Assembly: GCA_964016885.1 (NCBI GenBank)
Contig: OZ024743.1
Coordinates: 162,812,001 to 162,876,000, forward strand
DNA length: 64,000 bases
From: Eledone cirrhosa
Taxonomy: Eukaryota
Direction of reading: 5' to 3'
In this document: one piece after another, positions 1 through 11,778 of the stretch
How positions within the stretch are numbered: the stretch's first letter is position 1
How the letters are laid out: the number at the start of each line of letters is the position of its first letter
Notes under the pieces: model-generated
The model's input: the letters and a program-made list of their open reading frames with translations, nothing else
Database searches by the model: none
What the model was told of the DNA's origin: nothing
Position numbers and translations under genes: made by a program

Positions 1-743
1 AGAGGACCTGCACAGACTGGAAAGGAATGAAGCATGCATGGTCCGTTGGATGTGTAATAATAATATACGCGAACAGCTAAACATAAATGAACTAAGCGAG
101 AAATTAGGAATAAGAGGGATCAGATGCTATTTACTTGAGAGAAGACTATGTTGGTATGGTCACGTGATGCGCATGAAAGACAACAGTTGTATAAAAAAGT
201 GCAGGGCGATCAAAATTGATGGATGTTACGGAATAGGTAGACCCAGAAAAACCTGGGACGATTTGATAAATTCCGACCTTACACACTTGCACCTCTATAA
301 GACGATGTCACTGGATCGAGATCTTTGGCGCTACGCAGTAATACAGAAGACCCGCCTTGCCTATGTACAAAGCGAAACCTAGAGTCAGTAGGCACCTCTT
401 AATCAAATATACACCCCAACCCACTACCCCTACTCCACCCTCCCACCAACCCCACCCCACCCCACCCTCCCACTCCCACAACCCTACCCCTTATCTGTAA
501 AGTTGGTATCACAACAGCCAGTCCAAAATAAATGAGGTCGTGTAGGTGTCACAACAAAAACACAGTCCACGCTGTAATGTGGCCGTGTAGGTGGTTGATG
601 TTAGGAAGGGCATGCAGCCGTAGAAAATTTGCTAGATAGTCCTATACGAGTGAGACACGGTCACCCAACCAACCTTGCCTCAAATTGGGACAACTCCCGT
701 CTAACCCATGCTTGCGTGGAAGAACAGACGTTAAATGATGATG
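1..743 (+). mobile_element. RTE-clade LINE 3' end (C-terminal ORF + 3' UTR + (GAT)n tail), cut by window start
   Basis: ORF 38-382 ([12 protein letters not shown]...GRPRKTW) is homologous to the C-terminus of the intact RTE at 39633; ends GTTAAATGATGATG. Confidence 0.9.
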
Positions 744-750
744 TTATATA

Positions 751-1321
751 TCATCATCATCGTTTTACGTCTGTTCTTCCACGCTAGCATGGGTTAGACG
801 GGTTGTCCTGTTGTGGGCAGTGTCCAGTCGGCTGACCTTATCTTGCTCATACAGGAACTGATTCTGGCTTGATTTCTACAGCTGGATGCCCTTCCTAACA
901 CCAACCTCATTTACAGTGAGTGCTGGGTGCTTTTTTCTGTGGCACCTACATGTCCACTTTACAGTGTGGGCTGGGTGTTTTTTTGCAGTGGGAGTGTGTG
1001 AGGGCATATTGTCTATATGCTTCAGCTTCGGCTTGTTCCTGTCGGGGGGGGGGGGGGGGGGGGGTCTTCTGTATTACTGCGTGATGCCAGAGGTCACGGT
1101 CATGTGTCTTGAGAGGTGCAATTGAGTAAGGTCGGCCTTTATCACCTCATCTCAGGTCTTCTTGGGTCTCCCCACCTCGTGGCTTCCATTGACTTTTAGT
1201 GCTCTGCACCTTTTTATGCAGCTGTCATCCTTCATACGCATCACATGATCATGCCAACGTAACCTCCTCTCCTGCCACACAGCATTTAATTCCTCTGATG
1301 CTCAGTCTCTCTCTCAATTCG
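751..1321 (-). mobile_element. RTE LINE (subfamily B-like) 5'-truncated 3' end
   Basis: (CAT)n tail at 751; 3' UTR and C-terminal coding sequence match 39321-39920. Confidence 0.88.
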
Positions 1322-1341
1322 TATATATATCTATCGTATAT

Positions 1342-1676
1342 CATCATTTCTCTTTACGTCCGCTTTTTCCCTGCTTGCAAGGGTGGGACGGTAACTGATT
1401 TTGGCTTGATTTCTACAGCTGGATCCCCTTCCTAACACCAACCTCATTTACAGTGAGTGCTGGGTGCTTTTTTGCCGTGGCACCTACACGACCACTTTGC
1501 AGTGGAATGATATGGACCCCAGTCCCTATCATCTCATTTCTACAGCTGAGTAAACTGGAGCAATGTGAAATAAAGTGTCTTGCTCAAGGAAACAACACAT
1601 TACCCAGTCTGAGAATTGAACTCACAACCTTTCGATTGCAAGGCTAATGCTCTAACCACTAAGCCATGTGCCTCCA
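1342..1676 (-). mobile_element. tRNA-derived SINE with RTE-type 3' tail
   Basis: Minus-strand head with A box TGGCTTAGTGG and B box GAGTTCAATTC, core CCTTGAGCAAGACACTTTA, RTE-like tail; close copy at 60304-60688. Confidence 0.85.
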
Positions 1677-1808
1677 TATATATGTGCAGACGTATATATA
1701 TAGATATATATATATGTCTGTATATCAAAATGAAGTAACGAAGTCAGAAACTCGCGTTAGTCCCTGTAATTCCTGAGCTCAAAGGAAAAAGAATCCTGGG
1801 CTCTTCAA

Positions 1809-2375
1809 ATATAATATAGAGAAGAAAACACACTAGCGAAAGTGTGTGTTTATCAAGTTACAGGGAATACCATTAGCGTATGCAACCTATAAACTAAGAA
1901 AGGTGAGGTAGATACATTATAATTAAAAATATAAATTAGAACGAATTTACCCACCTTTATAACTATATATCACACACGTGCAAACTCAGTGGTTTTGGGC
2001 TGCCATTTCTAGCAGTTCATCCCACCCAAGCCACTGGTCTACTGTCTCATACGCGCATTTCCTTCTCTCTCCCACGTGTTGCAAGGCAGTTACTTTAAGT
2101 TCTGTTAGTCTTTTGGAAGATATTCACTTACCACACATGCCAATGAACCTGGGTGAGTTCAATCCAAACACTAATTTTCTGGTGAAACAATCTTCGAGTT
2201 TGCACGTGTGTGATATATAGTTATAAAGGTGGGTAAATTCGTTCTAATTTATATTTTTAATTATAATGTATCTACCTCACCTTTCTTAGTTTATAGGTTC
2301 CATAGCTAGTGGTATTCCCTGTAACTTGATAAACACACACACACTCTCTACTATGTTTTCTTCTCTATATTATAT
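1809..2375. repeat. ~175-bp inverted repeat (1809-1987 / 2196-2375) around a ~208-bp spacer; probable Penelope-like inverted pLTR remnant
   Basis: Arms are near-perfect reverse complements; the spacer ends in a degenerate hammerhead-like fold. Confidence 0.8.
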
Positions 2376-2390
2376 ATGTGTGTATATATA

Positions 2391-3053
2391 TCATCATCAT
2401 CGTTTAACATCCATCTTCCATGCTATCATGGGTTTAGACGGGAATTGTCCCACTTGAGGCAAGATTGGTCAGGTGACTGTGTCTCGCTCAGGACTGTCTA
2501 GCAGGTTTTCTACGGCTGGATGCCCTTCCTAACACCAACCACGCTTACAGTGTGGACTGGGAGGTTTTTACCGTGTTACCTACACGGCCACATTACAGCG
2601 TGGGCTGTGTGTTTTTTTGTCGTGACACCTACAAGACCTCATTTATTTTGGACTGGATGTTGTGGTACCAACATAGCTTCACAGAGAAAGGGTGGTGTTG
2701 GTGGAGTAGAGGTAGTGGGTTGGGGTGTATATTTGGTTAAGAGGTGCCTACTGACTGTAGGTTTCACTTTGTACATAGGCAAGGCGTGTCTTTTGTAATA
2801 CTGCGTAGCGCCAAAGATCTCGGTGCAGTGACATTGTCTTAGAGAGGTGTAAGTGTGTGAGGTCGGAATTTATCAACTCGTCCCAGGTTTTTCTGGGTCT
2901 ACCTATTCCGTAACTTCCATCAATTTTGATTGCACTGCACTTTTTTATACAACTGTCGTCTTTCATGTGCATCACGTGACCATACCAACGTAGTCTTCTC
3001 TAGAGTAAACAGCATCTGATCCCTCTTATTCCTAATTTCTCACTTAGTTCATT
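2391..3053 (-). mobile_element. RTE LINE 3' part (continues at 8428 beyond the Gypsy insertion)
   Basis: (CAT)n tail, ORF 2748-2975; RTE sequence resumes exactly after the CATT TSD. Confidence 0.9.
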
Positions 3054-3579
3054 TATAATGAAGATTGTAAGTCGTTATAGTTATTAGTAAGGTTAGATCA
3101 GAAGGCATTAAATCGACAAACTCCATTATAAGTATGTACTTCCATTTATTCTTGGTACTCGCATGGAATTGGTATTATAACAATTAGGTTGTTCTGTCTT
3201 CACACTGTGAAACTCATTTTGCCTGTATTTCCATGTGAGATACAAGAGGATATGGCGTATCGAAGAATCGACATGTTGACGATAGCAGATTTTTCTGGAG
3301 ACTCTCTTTCTGTCTTTACTTCCATTATTTGGTCTAAGTAGTCCAGTAACTTGTATCGCTCCGCCGAATGTTTTGATTGGCTCACACTTCAGCCAATTTA
3401 CTTCCGTAACATATTTCTTCTGCCGAAGGAAAATACATTTAATTACAAAGGATATGATAGGGCATCCAGCTGTAGAAATCAAGCCAGAATCAGTTCCCGT
3501 CCCACCCTTGCAAGCAGGGAAAAGCGGACGTAAAATGATGATGATGATTTAATTACAAAGGATATATATTACTGCTACA
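3054..3579 (-). repeat. 3' LTR (carries a SINE-tail insertion)
   Basis: Direct repeat of 8023-8427; starts TGTAGC on minus; preceded by PPT-like GCAGGGGGTGA. Confidence 0.9.
3456..3546 (+). mobile_element. 5'-truncated SINE/RTE tail inserted in the LTR
   Basis: Ends in (GAT)n; flanked by ~19-bp TSD ATTTAATTACAAAGGATAT (3437-3455, 3547-3565); absent from the other LTR. Confidence 0.88.
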
Positions 3580-4041
3580 TCACCCCCTGCTTAAGCTTAA
3601 AGCTGACAGATAAAAAAGGATAGCAGTTGCAAGATAGAAAAATATAACAGTAAACATATAATAAACAATATTAATTCACAGAAAAATAAATATTCATTTC
3701 ACAGAAATGTCGGCGTTTTGCTTCAGAGAAAAAATAAAAAGAGGAAAACAAAAACTGAGCAGCAGAAATAGTCCAATGTTCACATTAATTAATGCATTTA
3801 ATATAAATACAAGAGAGGACTAGAACTCAAAAAGCTTGCTCTATATAGCATAGTTCATATATACAGAGTCTTGCAAAGCTTCTTTGGCCAATGTACTCGG
3901 CGACCACTATGTGTGGTGGTGACATATGTAGGTATAGATGGAGAAGGTGTGTGCAATGTTGTGTAGCATGTGTTGGCTGATGCAGAGTATATGTAGGGGG
4001 AATATGGGGCTCTTGCGTAAGAGTGTCTGTAAAGGCCCGTT

Positions 4042-5175
4042 TCACCCTATCAATGGACACAGTCTGTTTTTTTTACCACCAATGTCCAGAGTGAACAGTT
4101 TATCTGTGCGTGCAAGCACACGATAAGGACCGGTATGAGGTGACCTGAGAGGAGCTCTCACGGCGTCCTTCCGTAGAAAGACGTGGGTCCACGAAGCAAT
4201 GTCTTTCGGGACTGAAGATTTTATTGTCTGTTGCCGAGGGTTCATAGGCGGAAGATTGTCAAAATATGATCGCAGTCTGTTCACATACAGAGCTGGATCT
4301 GTTTCAGGTAAATCCATTGGAGTCAACATCTGACCCGACAGAGATATAGGTACTCCGTAAACCAGTTCAGCTGGGGAGTATCCTAGATCCTCCTTGATAG
4401 CTGCACGACAGCCAAGAAGGACAATTGGTACATACTCGTTCCATTGCTCTTGACCCGGATAAGCGCGCAATGCGGCTTTCAATTGGCAGTGGAAGCACTC
4501 TATCATTCCGTTCGAAACTGAATGATAGCTAGCCGTTTGCATGCGCTTAATTCCCAGGATCCTTGAAAGTTCTCGGAAGAGATGGGACTCAAACTGTCCA
4601 CCATGGTCCATAGTGACAGTGATTGGAACTCCGTAACGCGATATCCAACCCGATACTAGGGCTCGCGCTACAGATTCCGCCGAAATGTCACTTAAAGGAA
4701 TGGCTTCAGGCCAACGTGTGAAGCGATCAATACAGGTCAGGAGATAGGTAAATCCTTGGCTGACCGGCCATGGTCCAACGAGATCTATATGGACATGACT
4801 GAACCGAGCGTCTGGAGTGCTGAAAGTTCCGAGGGGTGTGCGGATGTGTTTGTGCACCTTTGACTTCTGGCAGGACAAGCAAGAACGTGTCTAGGCAGTG
4901 ATGTCACGCCTCATATTCGGCCAGAAGAATCTAGCCGAAATGAGCTTCACTGTGGTCGATATTCCAGGGTGTGCTAGACCGTGCAAGGTCTCGAAAACTG
5001 CACGACAATGAGTCGCTGGAACTAGAGGACGAGGTGAATTCGTCGAGGTGTCACAAATAATCTGTGTCCAAAGTGGGCACAGGTTGATATGAAAATTTGC
5101 CAGTTGCAAATTCAGGAGACGAAAGATCCAAGGTGTCCAGGAGTGGCTGTTCTGTGGCCATCCATTGAAGGTCAA
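4042..5175 (-). pseudogene. Gypsy integrase (HHCC region + DDE core), interrupted
   Basis: HGLAHPG...RFFWPNMRRDI; HIDLVGP, IDRFTRWPEA, GPY motif; in-frame stop at ~4891. Confidence 0.9.
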
Positions 5176-5387
5176 TGTGCATCAGACACAGGATGTGCAA
5201 GCAGTGATGTCTCCGCGAGTTTCTGCTTCACTTCGTTGAAGGCTTTTAGCTGACTCGTGTCCAGTGTGATGGATTCATTTTTATTTGTCCTGTTACGTAA
5301 CAGGTCGGATAAAGGAGACAGGAGATCCGCACAGTGTGGGATAAAACGTCTGTAGTAGTTGAGCAGACCAAGGAAATGTCGTAGCTG

Positions 5388-6096
5388 TCAAAGTGAAGTG
5401 GGTGGGTGAAGATCTTGTAGAGCTTTCACTTTGTCAGGCAGTGGTGATATTCCCTCAGGGCTGATAACGTGGCCCAAGAAGACAAGTGACGACGTACCGA
5501 AAATACATTTCGCTAGGTTGATTCGCACCTGATACTGCTGAAACCGCTCAAACAGTAGACGGAAGTGAGTGACATGTTCCTCGGGTGAGGCACTTGCCAC
5601 GAGAATGTCGTCAATGTAGTTATATACAAAGTCTAAATCACGCACAACTTCATCCATGAAACGTTGGAAGGTACTGGCTGCGAAAGGCATAGTAAAAAAT
5701 TTGAATGCTCCAAAAGGAGTTGTCACAGCCGTTTTTGGAATATCTGCTTGGTTCACTGGAATCTGGTGATACGCCTTGACCAAATCCAATTTGGAGAATG
5801 TCTTACATCCATGAAGCGAAGACGCAAAATCTTGTATGTGTGGGATCGGGTACCGTCATTGCATTTAACCGGCAAAAGTCCCCAGTGTGACGCCAATCAC
5901 CGGAACGCTTCGGAACCAAATGCAAAGGAGCGGCCCACGGGCTTGAGGATGGGTGTATGATCCCGAGCTGCAGCATGTGATTGAATTCAGCCTTCGCCGC
6001 TTTCAATTTCTCCGCAGAGAGGCGGCGAGGGCGTGAAAACACAGGAGCACCAGTGGTCTCAATATAGTGTTTTGTTGTGTTAGTAGGCTTACTCAC
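5388..6096 (-). pseudogene. Gypsy reverse transcriptase, frameshifted; RNase H largely missing
   Basis: [34 protein letters not shown]. Confidence 0.9.
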
Positions 6097-6105
6097 CAGA
6101 AAATT

Positions 6106-6540
6106 TTAATTTGTCAATTCTGGGAAGGAATGTAACAGCGCCTGAAAAGGATCTGAAGCACCGATAAAGAAAACCTGGCTGATAGACGAGACAGTCGATC
6201 TCATACCCGGAACGGACAGTTCCGTATTCGCATCCAACAAGCGTCGTCTGCGCATATCCACTAACAGGTTATAGTGGTGCAGGAAATCCGAGCCTAGAAT
6301 AGGGTAAGGCAGATCGGCGACAGTGAAAATCCACGTGAAGTCTCTGCGCAATTCCAGGTTCAAAGAAGGAGTAATTTGACCGTACGTGGGGATAGGTGAA
6401 TGATTTACAGCTTGCAGCAAGATGGGTGAAACTGGTGGCTTTTCTTTGAGAAGTTTTAACGGCCATATGCTGCAAGCGGCGCCTGTGTCAACCAAACAAC
6501 GTGCTTGGGAATCCGTGTCTGTTATGAAGAAAGCACGATT
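6106..6540 (-). pseudogene. Gypsy aspartic protease
   Basis: VDTGA active site and ILGSDFL motif. Confidence 0.88.
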
Positions 6541-6551
6541 ATTTGGGAGCG

Positions 6552-7367
6552 TCAGAGGAGACTGTGCCGTGCTCGGGTCTCCTGAAATCCGTTTCCCTGG
6601 ATGGAAAACGAACAGGGTTGTTTACAAGAGTGTGCTGCCGCGCCAAAACGGCTGTGGTCGTAGCACAGTCCTGGCTTGCTTGTGTGGTGGCGGCGTGGTG
6701 AGGGCAAACGGCTCTGAAAGCGACGTCTGGGCGATTGAGCCCTGGAGGTACTCAATTTTCTCACCTCTTTGGTGAGTTGCTCTATGGCTTGAAGTATTGC
6801 CACAGATGCAAGTGAGTGATCAGTGTGGATGGCAGCTGCTGGAGAGAACGAAGAGACTGCAACCGGTGGCTGAGGTGCAACGAAGGAGGCAGGGTTTCCA
6901 GTGAAACTTATAATTTTGTCGGCCGAAGACCCTAGCTGGTCGACTGTGGTAGTCTCCATCATAGGCGCTAAAATCGCCTGAACACCGGGCGGCAACCTTG
7001 AAAAATAAAGCTGTCTAAGGAGGGCGCTGTCAGCTGGGGTGTCTTCCGCCAGCTCTCTCATGCGACGCAGAAGCTGTGTGAGCGTCCGATCACCCAAATG
7101 TTTGCCATTGACGAGTGTCTGGAATTTCTTCTCAGCGGACAACGTGGTCCGCCGCAAAACCTCGCGTTTTACGCTCTCATAGGAGGCTCCAGGAGCAGGA
7201 TCAGTTATCAGATCTTTAACAACCGTCAATGACGCTAGGAAAGCACTCAAAAGCATGTGCAGTTGTCTGACTTCAGACGTAATGTTGTTCGCAGTAAAGT
7301 GCGACTCTATCTGTGCGAACCAAACATTGACATCGCCGGCAAACGCTGACAATGAGGTGCTACCCAT
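6552..7367 (-). CDS. Gypsy gag (CHCC type)
   Basis: WFAQIESHF, LGDRxxxQLLRRM, CYDHSRFGAAAHSCKQPC (C-x2-H-x9-C-x3-C). Confidence 0.85.
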   Translation of the reverse strand: MGSTSLSAFAGDVNVWFAQIESHFTANNITSEVRQLHMLLSAFLASLTVVKDLITDPAPGASYESVKREVLRRTTLSAEKKFQTLVNGKHLGDRTLTQLLRRMRELAEDTPADSALLRQLYFSRLPPGVQAILAPMMETTTVDQLGSSADKIISFTGNPASFVAPQPPVAVSSFSPAAAIHTDHSLASVAILQAIEQLTKEVRKLSTSRAQSPRRRFQSRLPSPRRHHTSKPGLCYDHSRFGAAAHSCKQPCSFSIQGNGFQETRARHSLL

Positions 7368-8000
7368 CGTGAATAAAGGGATAACAGTTAGCAATAAAGA
7401 ACAGTTGACTCTGCACAGATTTGTTACAGAGACACAAGGGAAAATGCAGGCGAAAAAGAATCCGAGTGGAAAAATGAAAAAGAAAATAAACAATGGTATT
7501 CTCTTTCGTTATTGGAGAGAAAAATGTCAAGGGGAAAAAAAAAATATATATATTTTTTTTTCTATATTTTTCAAAATGGCTTTGCCTTAAAGTCAATTTG
7601 GCGGGAAAAGAAACGAAGAAAACGGAAGTCGGCCATTTTGGTATCTCCGGAAATGAAAGTCAAAAAAATTTTTTTTTTTTTTAAAATGTCATCACCCAAT
7701 CAGAATTTGGGCGGGAAAAATGTTAGAATTTAACGTGTCGTGTTTGGATTTCGAGACGGTAAAAAAAAATAAATATATCGAAACTCATGCTATCGCGTAC
7801 ATTTCCCGAGAAATCCAAATGAATTTTTTTTTTTTTGTTTATCATAGAGTTCGATAGAACTGCTGGTATCGCACGTGTTTTTCAGAGATAGAAAAAAAAA
7901 AATTTTTGTTGTTCATGATTTTCTTATCGGTTCCATTTTTTTTTTGTATAGGGTAAATCCGTATCACCATCTATTGTTAAGGCGGCTGAGGTGTCATGTT

Positions 8001-8020
8001 GATCACATCGGGGGTCACCA
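8001..8020 (-). promoter_or_regulatory. Primer binding site, tRNA-Trp type
   Basis: TGGTGACCCCCGATGTGATC, 2 nt downstream of the 5' LTR; resembles canonical TGGTGACCCCGACGTGAT. Confidence 0.85.
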
Positions 8021-8022
8021 TT

Positions 8023-8427
8023 TATAATGAAGATTGTAAGTCGTTATAGTTATTAGTAAGGTTAGATCAGAAGGCATTAAATCGACCAACTCCATTATAA
8101 GTATGTACTTCCATTTATTCTTGGTACCCGCATGGAATTGGTATTATAACAATTAGGTTGTTCTGTCTTCACACTGTGAAACTCATTTTGCCTGTATTTC
8201 TATGTGTGAGATACAACAGGATATGGCGTATCGAAGAATCGACGTGTTGACGATAGCAGATTTTTCTGGAGACTCTCTTTCTGTCTTTACTTCCGTTATC
8301 TGGTCTAACTTGTATCGCTCCGCCGAAGGTTTTTATTGGCACACACTTCAGCCAATTTACTTCTGTAACATATTTCTTCCGCCGAAGGAAATACATTTAA
8401 TTACAAAGGATATATATTACTGCTACA
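8023..8427 (-). repeat. 5' LTR (~405 bp)
   Basis: Direct repeat of 3054-3579; TG...TA termini. Confidence 0.9.
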
Positions 8428-11400
8428 CATTTATACTTTGCCGTTCGTGTATATTACTATTATACACCCAACAGAGTATGCATGCTTCATACATCCCAAG
8501 TCTGCACACAATGCCCATGTAACATTGGTTTTTGTATGCAGGCATCATACAATCTGCCTTTCATTTTTAAAGAGAACCCTTTGGCGGCCAATAGTGGTAT
8601 AAGCTCTCTGAACTTTTTCCATCTCGTTCTGACTCTGGCTACTGTACTTTCAGAACACCCTCCACCACTGCTGATTTTGTCACCTAGGTAACGGAAAGTG
8701 TCCACTATTTCTATAGAACCACCTGGGCAATAGAAGGAGCTAGTATCTTGTGGGCACTTGCTACTTATTGCACCTGAGCACCGGCCATATATGAAATCTA
8801 TGTTCTTAGATAGCTTACCTGTGATCCCACTACATCTTTTATATACCCATAGTTTGCATTAGGAACATAAAATGGAATTTCTGCCTACTCCTTTCCTACA
8901 CACTGAGCATGGCCATTTCCCAGAGGGTACCTGTGCCCTATTTTCCTTTCTACATATTAGAACTTTAGTCTTAGACAAGTTAACTTTAAGGCCTTTTGAT
9001 TCTAGGCCATGCTTCCATGTTTGGAATTTCTTCTCTAGTTCAGCCATAGATTCAGCTATGTAAGTTAGATCATCTGCGTATAGGAGTTCCCATGGGCAGC
9101 CGGTCTTAAACTCCTCTGTTATAGCCTGAAGGGCAATAATAAATAGGAGGGGGCTAAGAGCAGAGACTTGATGTACACCAACTTTTACACTAAATTCTTC
9201 ACTATATTCATTGTTAATTCTAACCTTACTGACAGTTTCTTTATACATGGCTTGTATAGCTCTCACAAGCCAATCATCTAGACCTAGTTTTCTAAGAGCT
9301 CACTAGATAATGGAGCAGGGGACTCTGTCAAAGGCTTTCTCCAGGTCTACAAAAGCTAAGTAGGGTGGTTTACTTTTAGCTAGGTACTTCTCCTGTAGCT
9401 GTCGTACAAGGGAAAGAGCGTCTGTGGTACTTTTACCAGACACAAACCCAAACTGCATTTCATCTAGATCAATTCGCTCTCTGATTAGTTGCGCTATAAT
9501 TCTTTCTGTGACCTTCATGACCTGGTCAACTAACTTAATGCCTTTATAGTTTCCCCTATCTAGGGCATCTCCTTTACCCTTGTACAGTTAATGATGATGC
9601 TGCTACGCCAGTCATTTGGTATGACCCCATTCTGTATGACCTGGTTTACTATCCGGTTGACTATAGTGTGTCTCACCGATCCAGATGCTTTCAGCATTTC
9701 AGCAACTATCTCCGAAAGCCCAGCTGCCTTGCCTGTCTTCATATCTTTGATTGCCTTACTTATTAGGCTGCCTTTAACTTGCACTGCTGGTCCTTCTATT
9801 AGATCGATCTGGGGCAGACTATCTTTTTCCCATTTATACGCCTCTCGTAGTGACACTTCCAAGCTACCTTCTTATCAGTATCAGTGATGGCAAGTACACC
9901 ATCATCATTACGGACACACTTCTCCCCGACAATATCACGGTTTTCCTCAACAGATTGTCTTGCAATCCTGAACACCTCAGGTTTTTGGTCCTCGCGTTAT
10001 AGAACATGCTTGAACTTTTTTTCCTCTGCTTCCCTTTTTGCAAAGTACACTTGTCTCCTTGCTTCTCTCCTGGCCACTTGATAGCGTTCTCTACTTCCCC
10101 CATCTTGCCATACTTTCCAAGCCTCCTTTTTGGCCTTGATTGACTCCACCACCAAGTTACTCTCCTCCTGCCTATAGGTCTGCTCCAGCCACAGATTTCA
10201 TCTGTTGCCTTCAGTAGGTTAACTTTCATGAATTCCCACTGTTCCTCTATATTTTACATCTCTAATTGCTCTTCCTTACTGTCAAAAGCACCACGTAATA
10301 TGCTTTTAAATTTGTTATTGGCTGTGGGGTCCTTTAACTTCCATATTCTTCTCCTCAGGGTAGTCCTCCTCTGTTGTTGAGTACGACTCGTCCTGACTAT
10401 GAGGTCACTAACTACCAGGCTATGTTGGGAAGTGCATTCTTCACGGGGGAGGGATTTAGTGTTTACAACAGACACTTTGTCACATCTTCTAGTAAGGATA
10501 TAATCTATCTGACTGGCGTTTTCCCCTGATTTATAGGTGATGAAGTGATTGTCTCGTTTTTTGAAGTTTGTGTTACAGATAGGTTCTTAGCGTCACAGAA
10601 TTCCAGGATTCTGAAGCCTTCCTCATTTTTAGTACCAAACCCATAGCCTCCATGGATTCTGTCATAGCCGTCACAATGTTGTCCAACATGACCATTTAGG
10701 TCCCCAGCAATAATAATTTAGTCACTGTCGGTTATTTGGGAGGTAGTGAGCATTAGCGACTCATAGAATCGGTCTTTTATAACGCCAGGTAGTCCAGATT
10801 GCGGTGCATAAGCGCATATTATTGTCACAGTAGTTCTGTTTAGGACTAGTCTTATTTTAATTATTCTGTCATTCACTCTATTTACGGCAATAACCTTATC
10901 TACCCATTTTTCTGCTAACATGATTCCTACTCCACCCAGCTCATTGTCATTTCCCAGCCAGAAATGTTTATAGCATCGTTTTTTTACCCACAATGAATCT
11001 AGCAGACCCACCCCTCCACCTAGTATCTTGGACGCAACAAGCATCAACTTCTTTACGTTCAAGCATCTCTACAACCTTGTTAGAGCACCCTTTTAAAGTG
11101 CCTACATTCATGGTACCAACTCTGAAGTTTTGGATTTCGTTTTGTGGGTGGAAGGGATGGTTGGAGGTGCAGGGAGGGGTGAGGGAGATGGGGTTATGTT
11201 AGCCATCCGCATTTGAAATAAAGAGGAATCCTTGCTTTTTCGTCCGGCAACATGAGGTGAATTTATCTTTATCGTTGACATTGTCATTTGAGTGTCCAGA
11301 TTCTTCATACTCTCCAGAATTCTATAGTCCATCTAGCATATCAAAGGCAACCAGGTCTAAACTTAAGGAGTGATAGCTGAGGCGGTGGTTTTGTGAAAGA

Positions 11401-11695
11401 GATTGGTAAGAGAAACATATTATAAGCTGTTGAATTATGATTGAACCGAATAGTAATAGTGGCGGGGGGGGGGGGGGGGGAGATATGAGAAGATTATTTT
11501 TCTAAAGGTCCTGCAGATTCGACCATAATTATGAGAAGTTAAAGAAGTTTAATATAAATACTGATAGGTAAATGGAGAGACAAGAAAATGAAGTGAAAAT
11601 ACATTACATTTCTCAAAAAGACAATTCGGCAACAGTAAGGATTCGACAAATTCTGAATTCATAACTCACGACGGGTTTATTTTATATTTGCAGAG
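8428..11695 (-). mobile_element. RTE LINE, near full length, decayed (APE-RT fragments, 5' UTR)
   Basis: Fragmented ORFs 8487-11332 with [20 protein letters not shown]; many stops and frameshifts; 5' boundary approximate. Confidence 0.88.
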
Positions 11696-11744
11696 ATATA
11701 TATATATAAACGTATATATATATAAACATGTATGTATATATATA

Positions 11745-11778
<34 letters not shown>

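Larger units (their letters stand above)
3054..8427 (-). mobile_element. Ty3/Gypsy LTR retrotransposon, CsRn1/Kabuki-like, decayed
   Basis: Two LTRs, 4-bp TSD CATT (3050-3053, 8428-8431), tRNA-Trp PBS, PPT, gag-PR-RT-IN order, CHCC gag motif. Confidence 0.92.
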
